Assembly (NCBI GenBank): GCA_905178155.1
Contig: CAJINV010000014.1
Coordinates: forward strand, 248,001-312,000
Length of the DNA stretch: 64,000 nucleotides
Direction of reading: 5' to 3'
DNA from: Amoebophrya sp. A120
Taxonomy: Eukaryota; Protista; Dinoflagellata
Below are positions 11,932-22,600 of the stretch, in pieces. The notes beneath the pieces were generated by a model, which was given only the letters and a program-made list of their open reading frames with translations, searched no databases and had not been told where the DNA came from. Position 1 is the stretch's first letter, and each line of letters starts with the position of its first letter. Made by a program: the position numbers and the translations under genes.

Positions 11932-13303
11932 TTACTGTTCTGTCTGGGTCGAAGATGAAGACGAAGCTTGAGAGTCCGAGCTGTTCTGGTTCAGAAGCTT
12001 CAGCATCTCGTTGGCAATGTTCATTTCCGTTCCTGCTTTGATGTAGTATTTTTCCAAGGTTCCGCTCAACCGTGGTCGCTTTACACCAGGTGCATTCGGA
12101 AACAGATCCAGGGTTTTTTTTCCGGACCTAAAGTGTGCGCTTTCGTTTCTATAAATTTACTTCATGAAGATGCTAGTTGTAATGTCCTAATTGCATCACA
12201 TCAAAAACAAATATGCTTCTCTCATGTCGTTACTGATTGTCGTCTGCCACGTGTCCAGTCTGCCGCAGAACTTCAAACGGCACCAAGGCGCATCCGTGCA
12301 ACGATTTGCACTGTTTGGGCTTCGGAATGTCGCGGCAGTGGAGAAGCAAAAACTCGGCGTCGTCGTGCTTATAGGTTTTGCCGCCCGACCTGTCGTGTTT
12401 GCAGATTGGCAATTTGGCTTTTTCGCATGCAGCGAGCATCAGGTTGGCAAAACTATCGTCACGAATGGTAGCAACGTAACTATACCGCTTCAGCGAGCAG
12501 CGGAGGCTCAACTGTTCGCCACGTCCGGTCCGCGGGTACATCAGCTTCTCTTGCACCAGGTGCCGAAGGTCGGGATTCGTCCGATCATACAAGACGCCAT
12601 CAGCTACACCAAATTCCTTCGGCGGCGGAGCATAGATGAGGTTCGAGCCTCGAATTTCATCGAGGAACAAATCACGGGCGGACTTTTCCATCAGTGTCTG
12701 CTGACTGTATGCGCACAGGATGGCACTAGTGCCCGTGTGATGGGTAACGAAGGGCCCCTTCCACAACTGCTTCAACTTTTGCGGTGCCTGGTCGCTGGAA
12801 ACGATGCCGGAATTGATGTTGAACTTCTCGTAGTCCTTGACCCTATGAACTGCTTCGATAAATAGTTTTGTCGTGTCCAATACATCGACTCCGATCAGGA
12901 TGCTTCCATGTAGCCGCTCTTGTTCATTATTTAAAATGAAACGCAGCCGACGGTCAAAAGCATCATCCCAGCACTCGGTGGACTTGAGTTGCACCGACAT
13001 GAAATATTCATCGTCCAGGTTGTCAACCGTCGGTGCACGGGTTACCGGGCGAATAAATAAATCGCTTGCACTTTCAAAAACGGCGTGCACTTCGAAAGTA
13101 TTGCTGAGCACTGCAGTGAACTCGCGCACAGAGGCCTTCTCGATTTCTTTCGGTTGTGTTCCCATTGTCTCGCGCAAAGCCACCACCTCGCTCCAATCGC
13201 TGCAATGAGTACGATGCTGAGAAAGTAACGCAATACAACTGCTCGCGAGGGGTCTTAAATCACGTCGGGGACTCTGACGCTTTTTTGTATTTGAAACCAT
13301 CAC
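11932..13303 (-). CDS. tandem PD-(D/E)XK-like nuclease (two D...QxK modules)
   Basis: Motifs SASDLFIRP...MSVQLKST and GVADGVL...LVQEKL. GT-AG intron 12128-12233 extends ORF 12230-13303 in frame (DNQ-SGKKTLDLFP) to a stop at 11932. Confidence 0.65.
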
Positions 13304-13686
13304 AGTCCAATCATAAATGCAACCAGCCAGTTCCTCGCAAATGCATCAACCCGAAATAATCTTTCCTCTCCATAGACCGACTTCGTGACATTGTTTTTTT
13401 GGTGTATCAAATCAATTCATAACCGACCAGCTGCAGGACCTACAGGAGAAGTAGCATCGCATACAGACTTAGCAACAGCACATGCAATTTCATGACAAAA
13501 AATGGCCTTCTTCCCAGCATCGTCATGCAGTCGCTCCCGCGTTACGACACACATCCACAAGGGTCGATCCTACTAGCTAATTAACTAGCTATAGCATGCA
13601 TATTAACATACCTATTTTAATGTTAAATCGATAAGCAGCATACCGTTTTTGAAAATAAATAAGATTTAATTTTTGAGCACGTTATA

Positions 13687-16538
13687 CTTTATTAACCTCT
13701 TGGCTAAAGCCTCGCCCAAAACCCGTGAGCCTGCTTCGTTCAAATGCACGTGATCGAGAGCATGGAGTTGCATTGAAGAAGAGCTGCCGACGCCGGGTGG
13801 AGCTGCGTGGTTGTTTCGCCGCTTGCCTTATGAATTGCAAATATGTCTCGGTCTGGAGCAAGATTCTGAGACTTGTCACGCACGTTTTGCACGAGCCATC
13901 ATGTCCTCTGTGATGCATGCCCTAGCATCACAGATTTTTTGAGGGCTTCTTGATGCCTATTCCGCCCTCCCCGCGTAGCAAAAATAGCATTCCCTTTGCT
14001 GCTCATGCAATACAGATTTTTTTTGGAATCCAAATGCAGCATCACAAGTTCATCCACTTTTCCGGACCGCCCAAACACATTTGCATTTTATATGCCTAGC
14101 ACTTTGCGTCGACTGATTTCCCGTATTTTCACAACAACACAACCTTCGTCCAGCATGGAATCTTCTGTGTCATGATCCGCGCTAGCACTTCTACCAGCAG
14201 CTGCAAGACCAGAAGCGTGGCCACGAGGTGCCGCTACTAAATTCAATCCCCGGAGAAAGTCGCTGCGCTCTGTCCCTGCTTTGGCTCGGAAAAGCGTCAC
14301 CATTCGCGCCCAGTGGTCCTCTGACAAAATTGTTGCTAGGTCAATGTCAACGCTTTTGTTTTTGTTCGCATCCTTGGAGAAAGCACGGCGTAGGACCGAT
14401 TTGAAGAAGGGTCCCTCGGGTGGTCCGAGCGCGAGTGCGAGTAGGTGGATCGTGATCCTTGCGTTCTTGCCCCCTGCAGCGGGGACGAGCTCTCGGCTAT
14501 GATTCTGTATCTGTTCTACTTCCGCAAGCTGCTGACCCATGATCTGTGCTACGCTCGGAGCTCCTCGACCTTGGCCGTTCGTCTTCCGCTCGCCGAGTTC
14601 TTCTTGTGGCTCCTCGCTAGTACAGCTACAGGCTTGACCCGTCAAAAACTTCAGGTATTTCCGCAAGTGTCTTTGCATCAATTCTCTATAAAGCTCTTCC
14701 AACTTTTCCGGCCAGGTCAATGACGTTTGCAAGATTTTGCGCTTCAAAGCGTCCTGCTGGTCAGCAGCTCCAGCACGACTCTGTTCCTCGTCCAGTTCGG
14801 GGAAATGCCTGCTGATGAACGTTTTCAAGATGTCAGGATACACCAATTCGCTCCAACCGAGGTGCAAGACGATAGCGTCGCCCCTTTGTATATTTTGGCG
14901 CACAGCAACGTCGTTTTTCACTTTCGACGTGAGCTTTCTGGTAGAGCTGGAAGCTGCGTCCTGAGATGTATCACCAGCCCTGGCAGCTGCAGACAAAAAG
15001 CCCGCCGCTGAGCTGCTCCGACTTTGGTGAACTGATGTGCCTCCTTCCATAAAATAAATTCGGTCTTGTAAAGAACTCCCGGCCTCCGCTGCCATCACGA
15101 CCTGCTTCGTGCCCACTTTCGCAGCCGATGGAAGCGTCAGAACTGAAATCGACAAAGAAAGTTGCAAAAAATGCATAAAATATTGCCATGCTTTTGCTCA
15201 TACACGAACTGCCTGCATAGCAAGACACGTGAATGAGAGCGATTGCAAGCCTCTTCGGGATCGGGGCTCTTGGAGATAGAGCTGCTAAAAGTAGTACGAC
15301 AGACGGCGTCTTCTTTCCCCGCGAAACAGCCTGGCTCATTGGATTTCGGTGCTTCCAAAATTTGCCATGCGTCGCTTAGAAAGTAAAATTGGCAGCCTAA
15401 GAGACTGGTGGCGCGGCTTGGTCTTGGAATAATTTTGTGCATTACAACATGTTTCACTTTTGTGAATTTTAAACCTGGCACTACTTCCATACAGTGTCGC
15501 CTCGACCGGGTGCAGATCTAGTGGGAACCTCGTCGTCCAGCAGGAAGAAGTTGATCCAGTACGTATCCACAGTAAATTTCCCATACGTGTACAAATGCGA
15601 TCTCTGCATGACAAAACTCAGCTTCCATACTGGTTTAGCTTTAGCATGACAAGTGCTGCACTTAAATAAATTGACGAAATTTGATGTGACGGTGCATGAT
15701 TTTGCACCAGATGTATCATCAATGGGTAAATTTGTATTGCATCTGCATAGTACGCAATATCAGGCAGCTGGTACTCCATGAACAGGCCATAGGTCTCTCC
15801 GAGCGCCGTGGTCGTGCTTTGTTTCATCGATGACGATGGCCCTCGTACTTGTATACTTGATGCACTTGCACTTGCAGCACTGCTTCTATAATAATCACTT
15901 CGTCCTAGATACCCACTATTGTCGAGAAACCCATCCCCCACCAGGAAAATCAGCGCATCGACGCGGAACCTCTCGCCGCCGATACCTTTCCCATGCCGCA
16001 AATTTTTCGCGATCTGGCTGACGAGAGTGCCACTGTGCCGGTTTTCGGCTCCATGCGTGCTGTCGGCATAGTACCTGTCGGCATCGATTTGCGTTAGGGG
16101 GACAGTCAGTCGCGCATGAGCTGCGGCATTCGTAGTTCCGCTGCTGCCACCAGGAGCAAGGACCGTGGTTCCTCCGCTGGGAGTTCTTGCACTCGTTGTT
16201 GAGCTTTCCTCATCGTTCTTGATCTGCAAAACGAGTCCCACAATTTGGCACACTACCCCCACCACCCAACAGATGATGAGGAAGATAGTCAGAAATTGGC
16301 AGCAGCAGTCTTTCACCTTCTGTGTGTCAACATCGTCATTCTTGGCGCCGCAGCACGTCCTGCTGTACTTTTGCGGTGCTGGTCTTCGGTGATCATCTTC
16401 TTTATCCTCAGTTGCAGCTCGGTCGTTTTTGTTTTTCTTCTTGGGCTGCTTCTTCTTCTTGTAATCCATCCTTTGCTGGGATGTGGATGAATCTTCCGCC
16501 TCTTCGGCTGTGCCGGGTATGATCCGGCTCCTGTGCAA
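13687..16538 (-). CDS. membrane-anchored SGNH/GDSL-fold protein; its native stop codon is displaced to 2527-2529 by the transposon
   Basis: TM helix FLTIFLIICWVVGVVCQIVGLVL; block I FLVGDG; block III DAIVLHLGWS; block V DHVHLNEAGSRVLGEAL after removing introners. The 15177-15490 junction is unresolved. Confidence 0.7.
13829..14092. mobile_element. introner, ~262-bp GTCTGGGTCTGG family
   Basis: TSD TGCCT; TAT...ATA ends; frame restored. Confidence 0.88.
15564..15749. mobile_element. introner, TATCCACAGTAAATTTCC family
   Basis: TSD GTACG; frame restored (PDIAY-WINFFL). Confidence 0.88.
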
Positions 16539-16806
16539 ATCTTCTACTCTTCCGCCCCGCCCACAATTACAACTTACTCCTCTAGTAGTTCTGGCGCGCG
16601 CGCTTTCATTTTGATCTTTATTTTATGATACAGTGACTTACGCATCAACTACATCTTGTTGATAATCTATCAATCCACAACATCTTCTGTGGCTACTAGC
16701 GCTTGTGCGCAGGGACGACCTTTTTCTTTTGTTTCTTCTTTTTGATGCAGGACTGTATAAAATCATCATGACAGAGTTGTCTACTGCTTCTAGCACAACT
16801 CCACCA

Positions 16807-16878
16807 TCAAGAAAGTGAAACGGTCAAAATCTCATCGCCAAAAAAAGTCCCGACTCCGCCGGAGCCGTCCGGCCTTCG

Positions 16879-16915
<37 letters not shown>

Positions 16916-18980
16916 GTCATGCTTGATTTTCGACGTAACAAGCCTGGGCTGGTGCTGGGGACATCGTAAAAGTTTCTGCACAGGATATAATCACGAACGC
17001 CGTCGCTGCTGCAGGTGCCCACGACATGGACATGCATCTTCGCCTTCTTGCGCCGGCCCTTTTTGTAGTTCTTCGTGCTTGTGTTCTTCTCCTGGGCCGA
17101 CGTGGTCCCAATGTAGCCCGGCTCCACCGGGGGATCTCCGCTTAACGCAGTCAGGGCCGATATTGTGAATCCTTTTGCAACAACATCTTCTACCTCATCC
17201 GCCACGTCTCCGGTGTTTCCATGAGCATGATCTCCTGTGTCTTCGATAAGAAGTGTGCTCTCAGAAGAGTCATTTATTTCTGCGTCTTTCATCGCATCAA
17301 GACCAAGAGCAAGAGCCTCCTGGTTCTCCTCCCTGACGTAGAGGCGCTCCTCCTTCACGCACGCTTGATTCATCTCGGGTGCACAAACGCAAAGATCCTT
17401 GTCCTCCTCGCTCGCTATTTCTCTTCCGCTTCCACGACTGGAGTAGATATGGGAGTGTCAGGATTGAAATGGACAAAGTTGAAATAACCTGTAACGCATA
17501 ATTATGAAGTCGATACCAATCGGACCCACAGTTTCTAGTCGGCGCATGACCATTCTTTTCCGTGCCGGAAGCCACTTTGTCGCGCTGTTTAGGGCACAGG
17601 GCGGGCTCCCCTCTGTCATGCTAGTCAGCAGCCTAATTATCAACCCTTACCAGCACTAAGATCTGCCTCCACTGCGTCTTCTGCACTAGACAAGGCAATT
17701 TTTGCGTTGCATTTTATGCATGACCACAAACTATTACTATTTCAACTTCGACGATTTCGAACCAGACACCTCCATGATAGGAGATCATTGCCGAGTAATC
17801 GCCCACGTCGACTTCGCTGGACGCGGCTACGACGGGGAGGGGAACCATAGGAAGGGAACTCCGCTTCCTTCTGCGTTGTCGTTGATGACGCCGTTGCGTT
17901 GGGAAGCTGCACTTCTCAAAGTGGATATTGTTTTTTTATAGACAAGTAGCACGTAGTAGGCTTGTTCTGCCGCTGACGCACGATACCGATAGCAACAAGA
18001 AAAATGCAAAATTGTTTTTAAAATAAAAGGAAATCGAAGTAGTAATATAGTCGCATAACTCTCAGAACAAACAACGTCCCCTAGGATGTCCTGACGATCT
18101 TCACAGAAATGTTCTAACATCATCGTGGTCTGAAAATCTTTTGTCGGCCCAGAAGTAAGTACCTACCACCCACAGTAATATGTGCGCAGATGATTTCCAT
18201 CCTAGCGGAAACTGAGCTTGCAAGAAATTTCCTCCACGAAGGCCCGTGAGTATTCTTTTATCGTCTGTTTGTTAGTTTGTACAAAAGTTTACAGATCGTT
18301 CGGGACATGATCTCGGCAAGTACTCACGCATCAATGTAAAAACTCTTCAACATTAAAATCAAATTGTCCTCCAGGGTGGTTGTAGATTGTAGTGTAAGAC
18401 GGCAAGCGTTTGCTTCTCTTTTTTCACTAGCTCTATTCATAAAGCGGTTTAGTAGTTTAGGTTTACGTTTTTTCTGACGTGCGAGCCCGACCTTGTGTTT
18501 GTCCTTCTTCGTCAAATGACGCAAATACTTTTACGAAGTAGTCAGCAGTTGGTACAGTAAGTGGCGTGAAACACTGTAATCCTCACTGAGCTGGGGGTTA
18601 AACAACCGATCTGAAATTGATGGACTTGCACTCTGTTGAAACCTAATTAAAGATCCACACGAGGAGCCGTGGATGAATCTTGGTCTTTTGTAGAAGTAGA
18701 TTTTGAGACCTCTTTCTCGTTGGTCCTTACCTGTGAATAGCTAGTGGCAGTCAAACAGACGCAGATGGTTTCTCGAACAAGACCTGCTTGAAAGTAAAAA
18801 AATCACAAACACTTGATTCCTTGCTAGCAACCTCACACAGATGAAGATGATCAACAAAAACACATTTATTCCGAAAGAACAACGCTAAAACGTTTCGTGT
18901 CTGCAAACAGAAGCGATCGATGATGGCTTTTTTCGCTGAACAAAAAGAGACAAGCCCCTGGAAGTACTGTTGGACTTCTC
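16807..18980 (-). CDS. hypothetical multi-exon protein, boundaries uncertain
   Basis: ORF 16807-17373 plus several short coding-like minus-strand segments; no family recognised. Confidence 0.3.
16879..16914. repeat. (CAT)12 microsatellite
   Basis: Direct reading. Confidence 0.95.
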
Positions 18981-19448
18981 AGAGGGCAACTTCAAAAGGC
19001 AGGCTGACCGAGGGTGGAACAGGCCGCGCTGTCAGTAGCAGCCGTGCCCTGCTGCGCAGTGCTATTTTCAACAAAGAGACTGCGGCGCCGAAAAACAGGG
19101 AAAAGGAGAATTAGAAACCAAGCAAAAAATAACCACATCCGAGTGCGACTTATCTCCTGTCGTTTTTGCGAGTTGAATGGACCAGATGAGGTCGTGGTGT
19201 CAGTGGTACTTTAGAAAGCGCTCGACCCGCTAGGACTTAGATCACCACAAGGATGATCTTAAAGATCCCAGTCCTCGTCGCGGCGCAAGTAGAACGAGAG
19301 CGATTTAGGAAGTACTTAGACCGACATCAAGATCTTGTCGTGAGTAAATTGCACGCGACGTTGTAGTAGTTTCGGGCCGTCTCATAAGTCTTTCCCACAT
19401 CCACCAAAACTCGTCCCCGCTCTGCTCCAACGCACCACTGCCTTCACG

Positions 19449-19683
19449 TATGGCGTTCTCAAATGTTACATTCTCAGCTGCTACATGATTTGCAATGCAA
19501 AAGCACAAGCAAAATCGACACGATCAAGCTGCTTCGCGTGACAAATTATCGAAGAGCCAAACAGGATGAGAATCTGTGCCAGATCTGTCACGCAAGACGT
19601 GCAAGGTCACCCCTTTCACTTTTGCCATTCTTGCTTCGCAAATTCATGCAACAGTTGAGAATGTAACAGTTGAGAGCGCCATA
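19449..19683. mobile_element. introner/MITE, TATGGCGTTCTCAA family, just 3' of the J-protein stop
   Basis: Terminal IRs; flanks TCACG/TCGCG; homologous to 28145-28384 and 37402-38387. Confidence 0.88.
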
Positions 19684-19693
19684 TCGCGACCTC

Positions 19694-22600
19694 CTACCGT
19701 CTCCCCCCGCCCGCACCTCCGGTCGAGGCCCTTTTCGCGTTGCCAGAGCTAGGTGGGGGCCGCCGGTTAACGGCCGCGGATTTTTTCTGGTAGGCCTGCA
19801 GATAGTCCAGTGCGTCCTTGATCTTCTGGAACATTCGCGTCGCGTATGAGCGTGCACAACTGCAACCCCTCGTTCTCGTTTGTATTTCTTCATGCAAAAT
19901 TCACAATCCATATCCATATTCAGTTGCTCCTGCCTTGTGTCTTCACTACTGTGCGCGATGACACATTCCGGAAGGAGCGGGGTCAACAGTACTACGATCC
20001 GCGCATGGGGAACTTGTCATGCACAGGCACCACATGTTGGGCTGGTGTTTGTATTGCAGCTCATCATGCCTCCAACATGCAAATGACCAAGCAGAGGGGT
20101 ATTAGTAGTTCTGCGCCACTGTCATACCGCGTCCTCCGTGTAGCCATGGTTTTGCTGGCGGTCCGGATGCCACTCGAGCGCCTTCTTCCGGTATCGAAAG
20201 GAAAAATCCCCCCTCCCCATATCCAAACGGAATTTCTGATTTTGGAAGGCTAAGGGCAGGGCGTCCCTTTAACGAAATCCAGTACAAACTTTGAACCGCG
20301 TACCCGGTAAACGTCATGAAGGAATTTTGGACAGCGCGATTGCTACCGAGAGACAACAGCATCAACTCCTGGGACGGCTGCGACGTGAGTTGTGTTGTTA
20401 TCTAGGTAGAAATAGCGTTGTACAAATTTCGTTCAAAAACACCGAGGGGACCAAAAAGAAAAGTAAGTGTGTGAAAAACGAAAACTAGAAGTCCTACTGT
20501 AAAAGAAACACCCTAAAAGATGTGTCACGTTCTATTGTAGCTTTGAAAAACCCCTCCATCCAGAGTGGTGCAGTCACCGGGCTAACCACATCGGGGGCTT
20601 GCATGCAAACGGCCAGAACCCACAGATATTCGCATCACACAGGGACAAGCATTACAGGGCCCGGAGGTGGGAATCAACCTCAAACCCAGAGAGAAAGTAA
20701 CCACATGACCAAGCGCCAAACGGAATTTCTGATGCTGGATCTGTGTACACAAATCAGGTTTGTATTGCAGAGAGGCATTGCGGCCAGATCCCCAGGCTGG
20801 GTAGGGGCGTCTTAGTCTAGTTGCGCAGCACGGCAAGCGGCTCACTTTTAGGCCCAACAGCATGGCAAATCGCTTCCATACTGGGGCGGAAGCTTCTGCC
20901 CTTGTCTTCTTGCAAGACAAATGTGATTTGACCTCAAATCAGCAACGCAAATTTTCGGAAACATACCTTTTCGATATGGGAAGGGGGAGTTTTTCCTTTC
21001 AATATCCGGTAAGCTTTTTTCATAGCGGCTTCGTCGTAGCCCCCGACTTCCAAACCGAGGATCTCGCACGCCATCTTCTGACTGGAAATCGGCTCGTCAA
21101 AATCCAAGTCTGGCGGAACATCCGGGTGCCGGTCGGGTTTGGCCGACGAAGAAGATGTATGCACTGCAAAAGAAGTAATTATATCGTGATACTTGCAGTA
21201 GTTCTTGCAATCATGCAAGACAAATCTCGTGGCTCCTAAGGCATATTTAGAATGACAAACTCCACACATCATGCCGTAGTAAATTTGTGAAGAAGCAACT
21301 GTTGCAAAAGTTATAAATTACTCCTGGTGCGATACTTTTGCAGTTCGTAAGATGAAGAGGACTTTTTCGCGGCCCCCGGAGGTTTTGCGGCCGCACTTTT
21401 CGCTTGCTGCTTCGGGTCCTGGCCCTTGGCGTACCCGCCAGAGTCGGTGGAGGTGGTGGAAGCCCTGCCATGGTTATTTGTTGCGGACGAGGAACTTGTA
21501 GTTCCTCCTTGCTGTCCGCCTGAGCTCTGCTCTGCCTTCTTCGGCTCTTCCTTTTCCCTCTGGGCAAAAGTTGGCGTCTTTCCCGCGGCTTTCGGTTTTC
21601 TGACGCCAGACGCATCGTCCTCGTCTCCCGCAGTGTTGAACGACCGCCGGTTTTTCGCTTTGCTGTCTTGTATCCACAGTAAATTTCCCGTACACGTACA
21701 AATGCGGTCTCCGCATGACAAAACTTGGCCTCGATCCTAGTTTAGCATGACAAGTTTTACGCGCCAAATTGGTAAAATTTGTGATGCATCTTGTACATGT
21801 ACGGGAAATTTGTATTGCATATCTTGCTGCGAGGCATTACCACTGTTGTTCCGGTTGTACCCGCTCATGTTGCCCGCCTGGCTGTTCTATGGATTGCAAA
21901 TATGTCTGGGTCTGGAAGAGCCAAACTTGTGATGCTGCATTTGGATGCTATAAAAAATCTGTATTGCATGAGCAGCAAGAGGAGTCAAATTTGGCTACGC
22001 GGAGAGGGCATTTGTCATGCAGGATGCGCATCGATAAGCGCTCAAAAAATCTGTGATGCTATGGCAATAATCAGAGACATCATGGATCATCGAAAATGTG
22101 CATGACAGACTTCTCCTCTTCCAGACCCAGACACTTTTGCATTTGATATGTTCCGGTCGCGCTCCTCCTCGCGCTGCAGCCGTTTTTTGTTCTGGATGTG
22201 CTTCATTTGTTGCAAAAGAAACTCGACGTCGTAATTGAGCTCGTACTCCCGCACCTCGTTGATATGGATCGCAAAAGTATATGAATCGCACTCGTGGTAC
22301 ACGTACGAAATCGCAATCATGCGTGACAGATTTGGTATGTTTCCTAGTACCTGGCTAAAATAACGCATGACAAACTTCACCTTTAATTTATTCTTCTGAA
22401 GAAAAAATGTCCTGCGAGTGGTTCTACGAACAGTACGATAGTACTGATTATACTTCTGCAACGCATACTCAATAAGCATCTGCAGTTGGTCCTCATCTTC
22501 GTCTTTCAGGGCGTGGGAAAGCGCAGCGTCGAGTATCCAAAGGTGGGAGAATCCTCTACTTCTCACAACAGGAGCAATTGAAAAAAGTCAAAAGGTTACA

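Larger units (their letters stand above)
2535..13686. mobile_element. 11.15-kb multi-gene DNA transposon with bipartite TIRs and 5-bp TSD
   Basis: Outer IR 2535-2588/13633-13686 (54 bp, 3 mismatches); inner IR 2636-2682/13539-13585 (47 bp, 2 mismatches); TSD CTTTA at 2530-2534 and 13687-13691; ends TATAAC...GTTATA. Confidence 0.93.

Noticed and set aside
2535-13686. Polinton/Maverick or endogenous virus
   Set aside because: No recognisable pPolB, packaging ATPase, capsid, protease or rve integrase; termini and TSD differ from the AG ends and 6-bp TSD of Polintons.
16879-16914. Poly-Met metal-binding tract
   Set aside because: Simple microsatellite; the true reading frame is uncertain.
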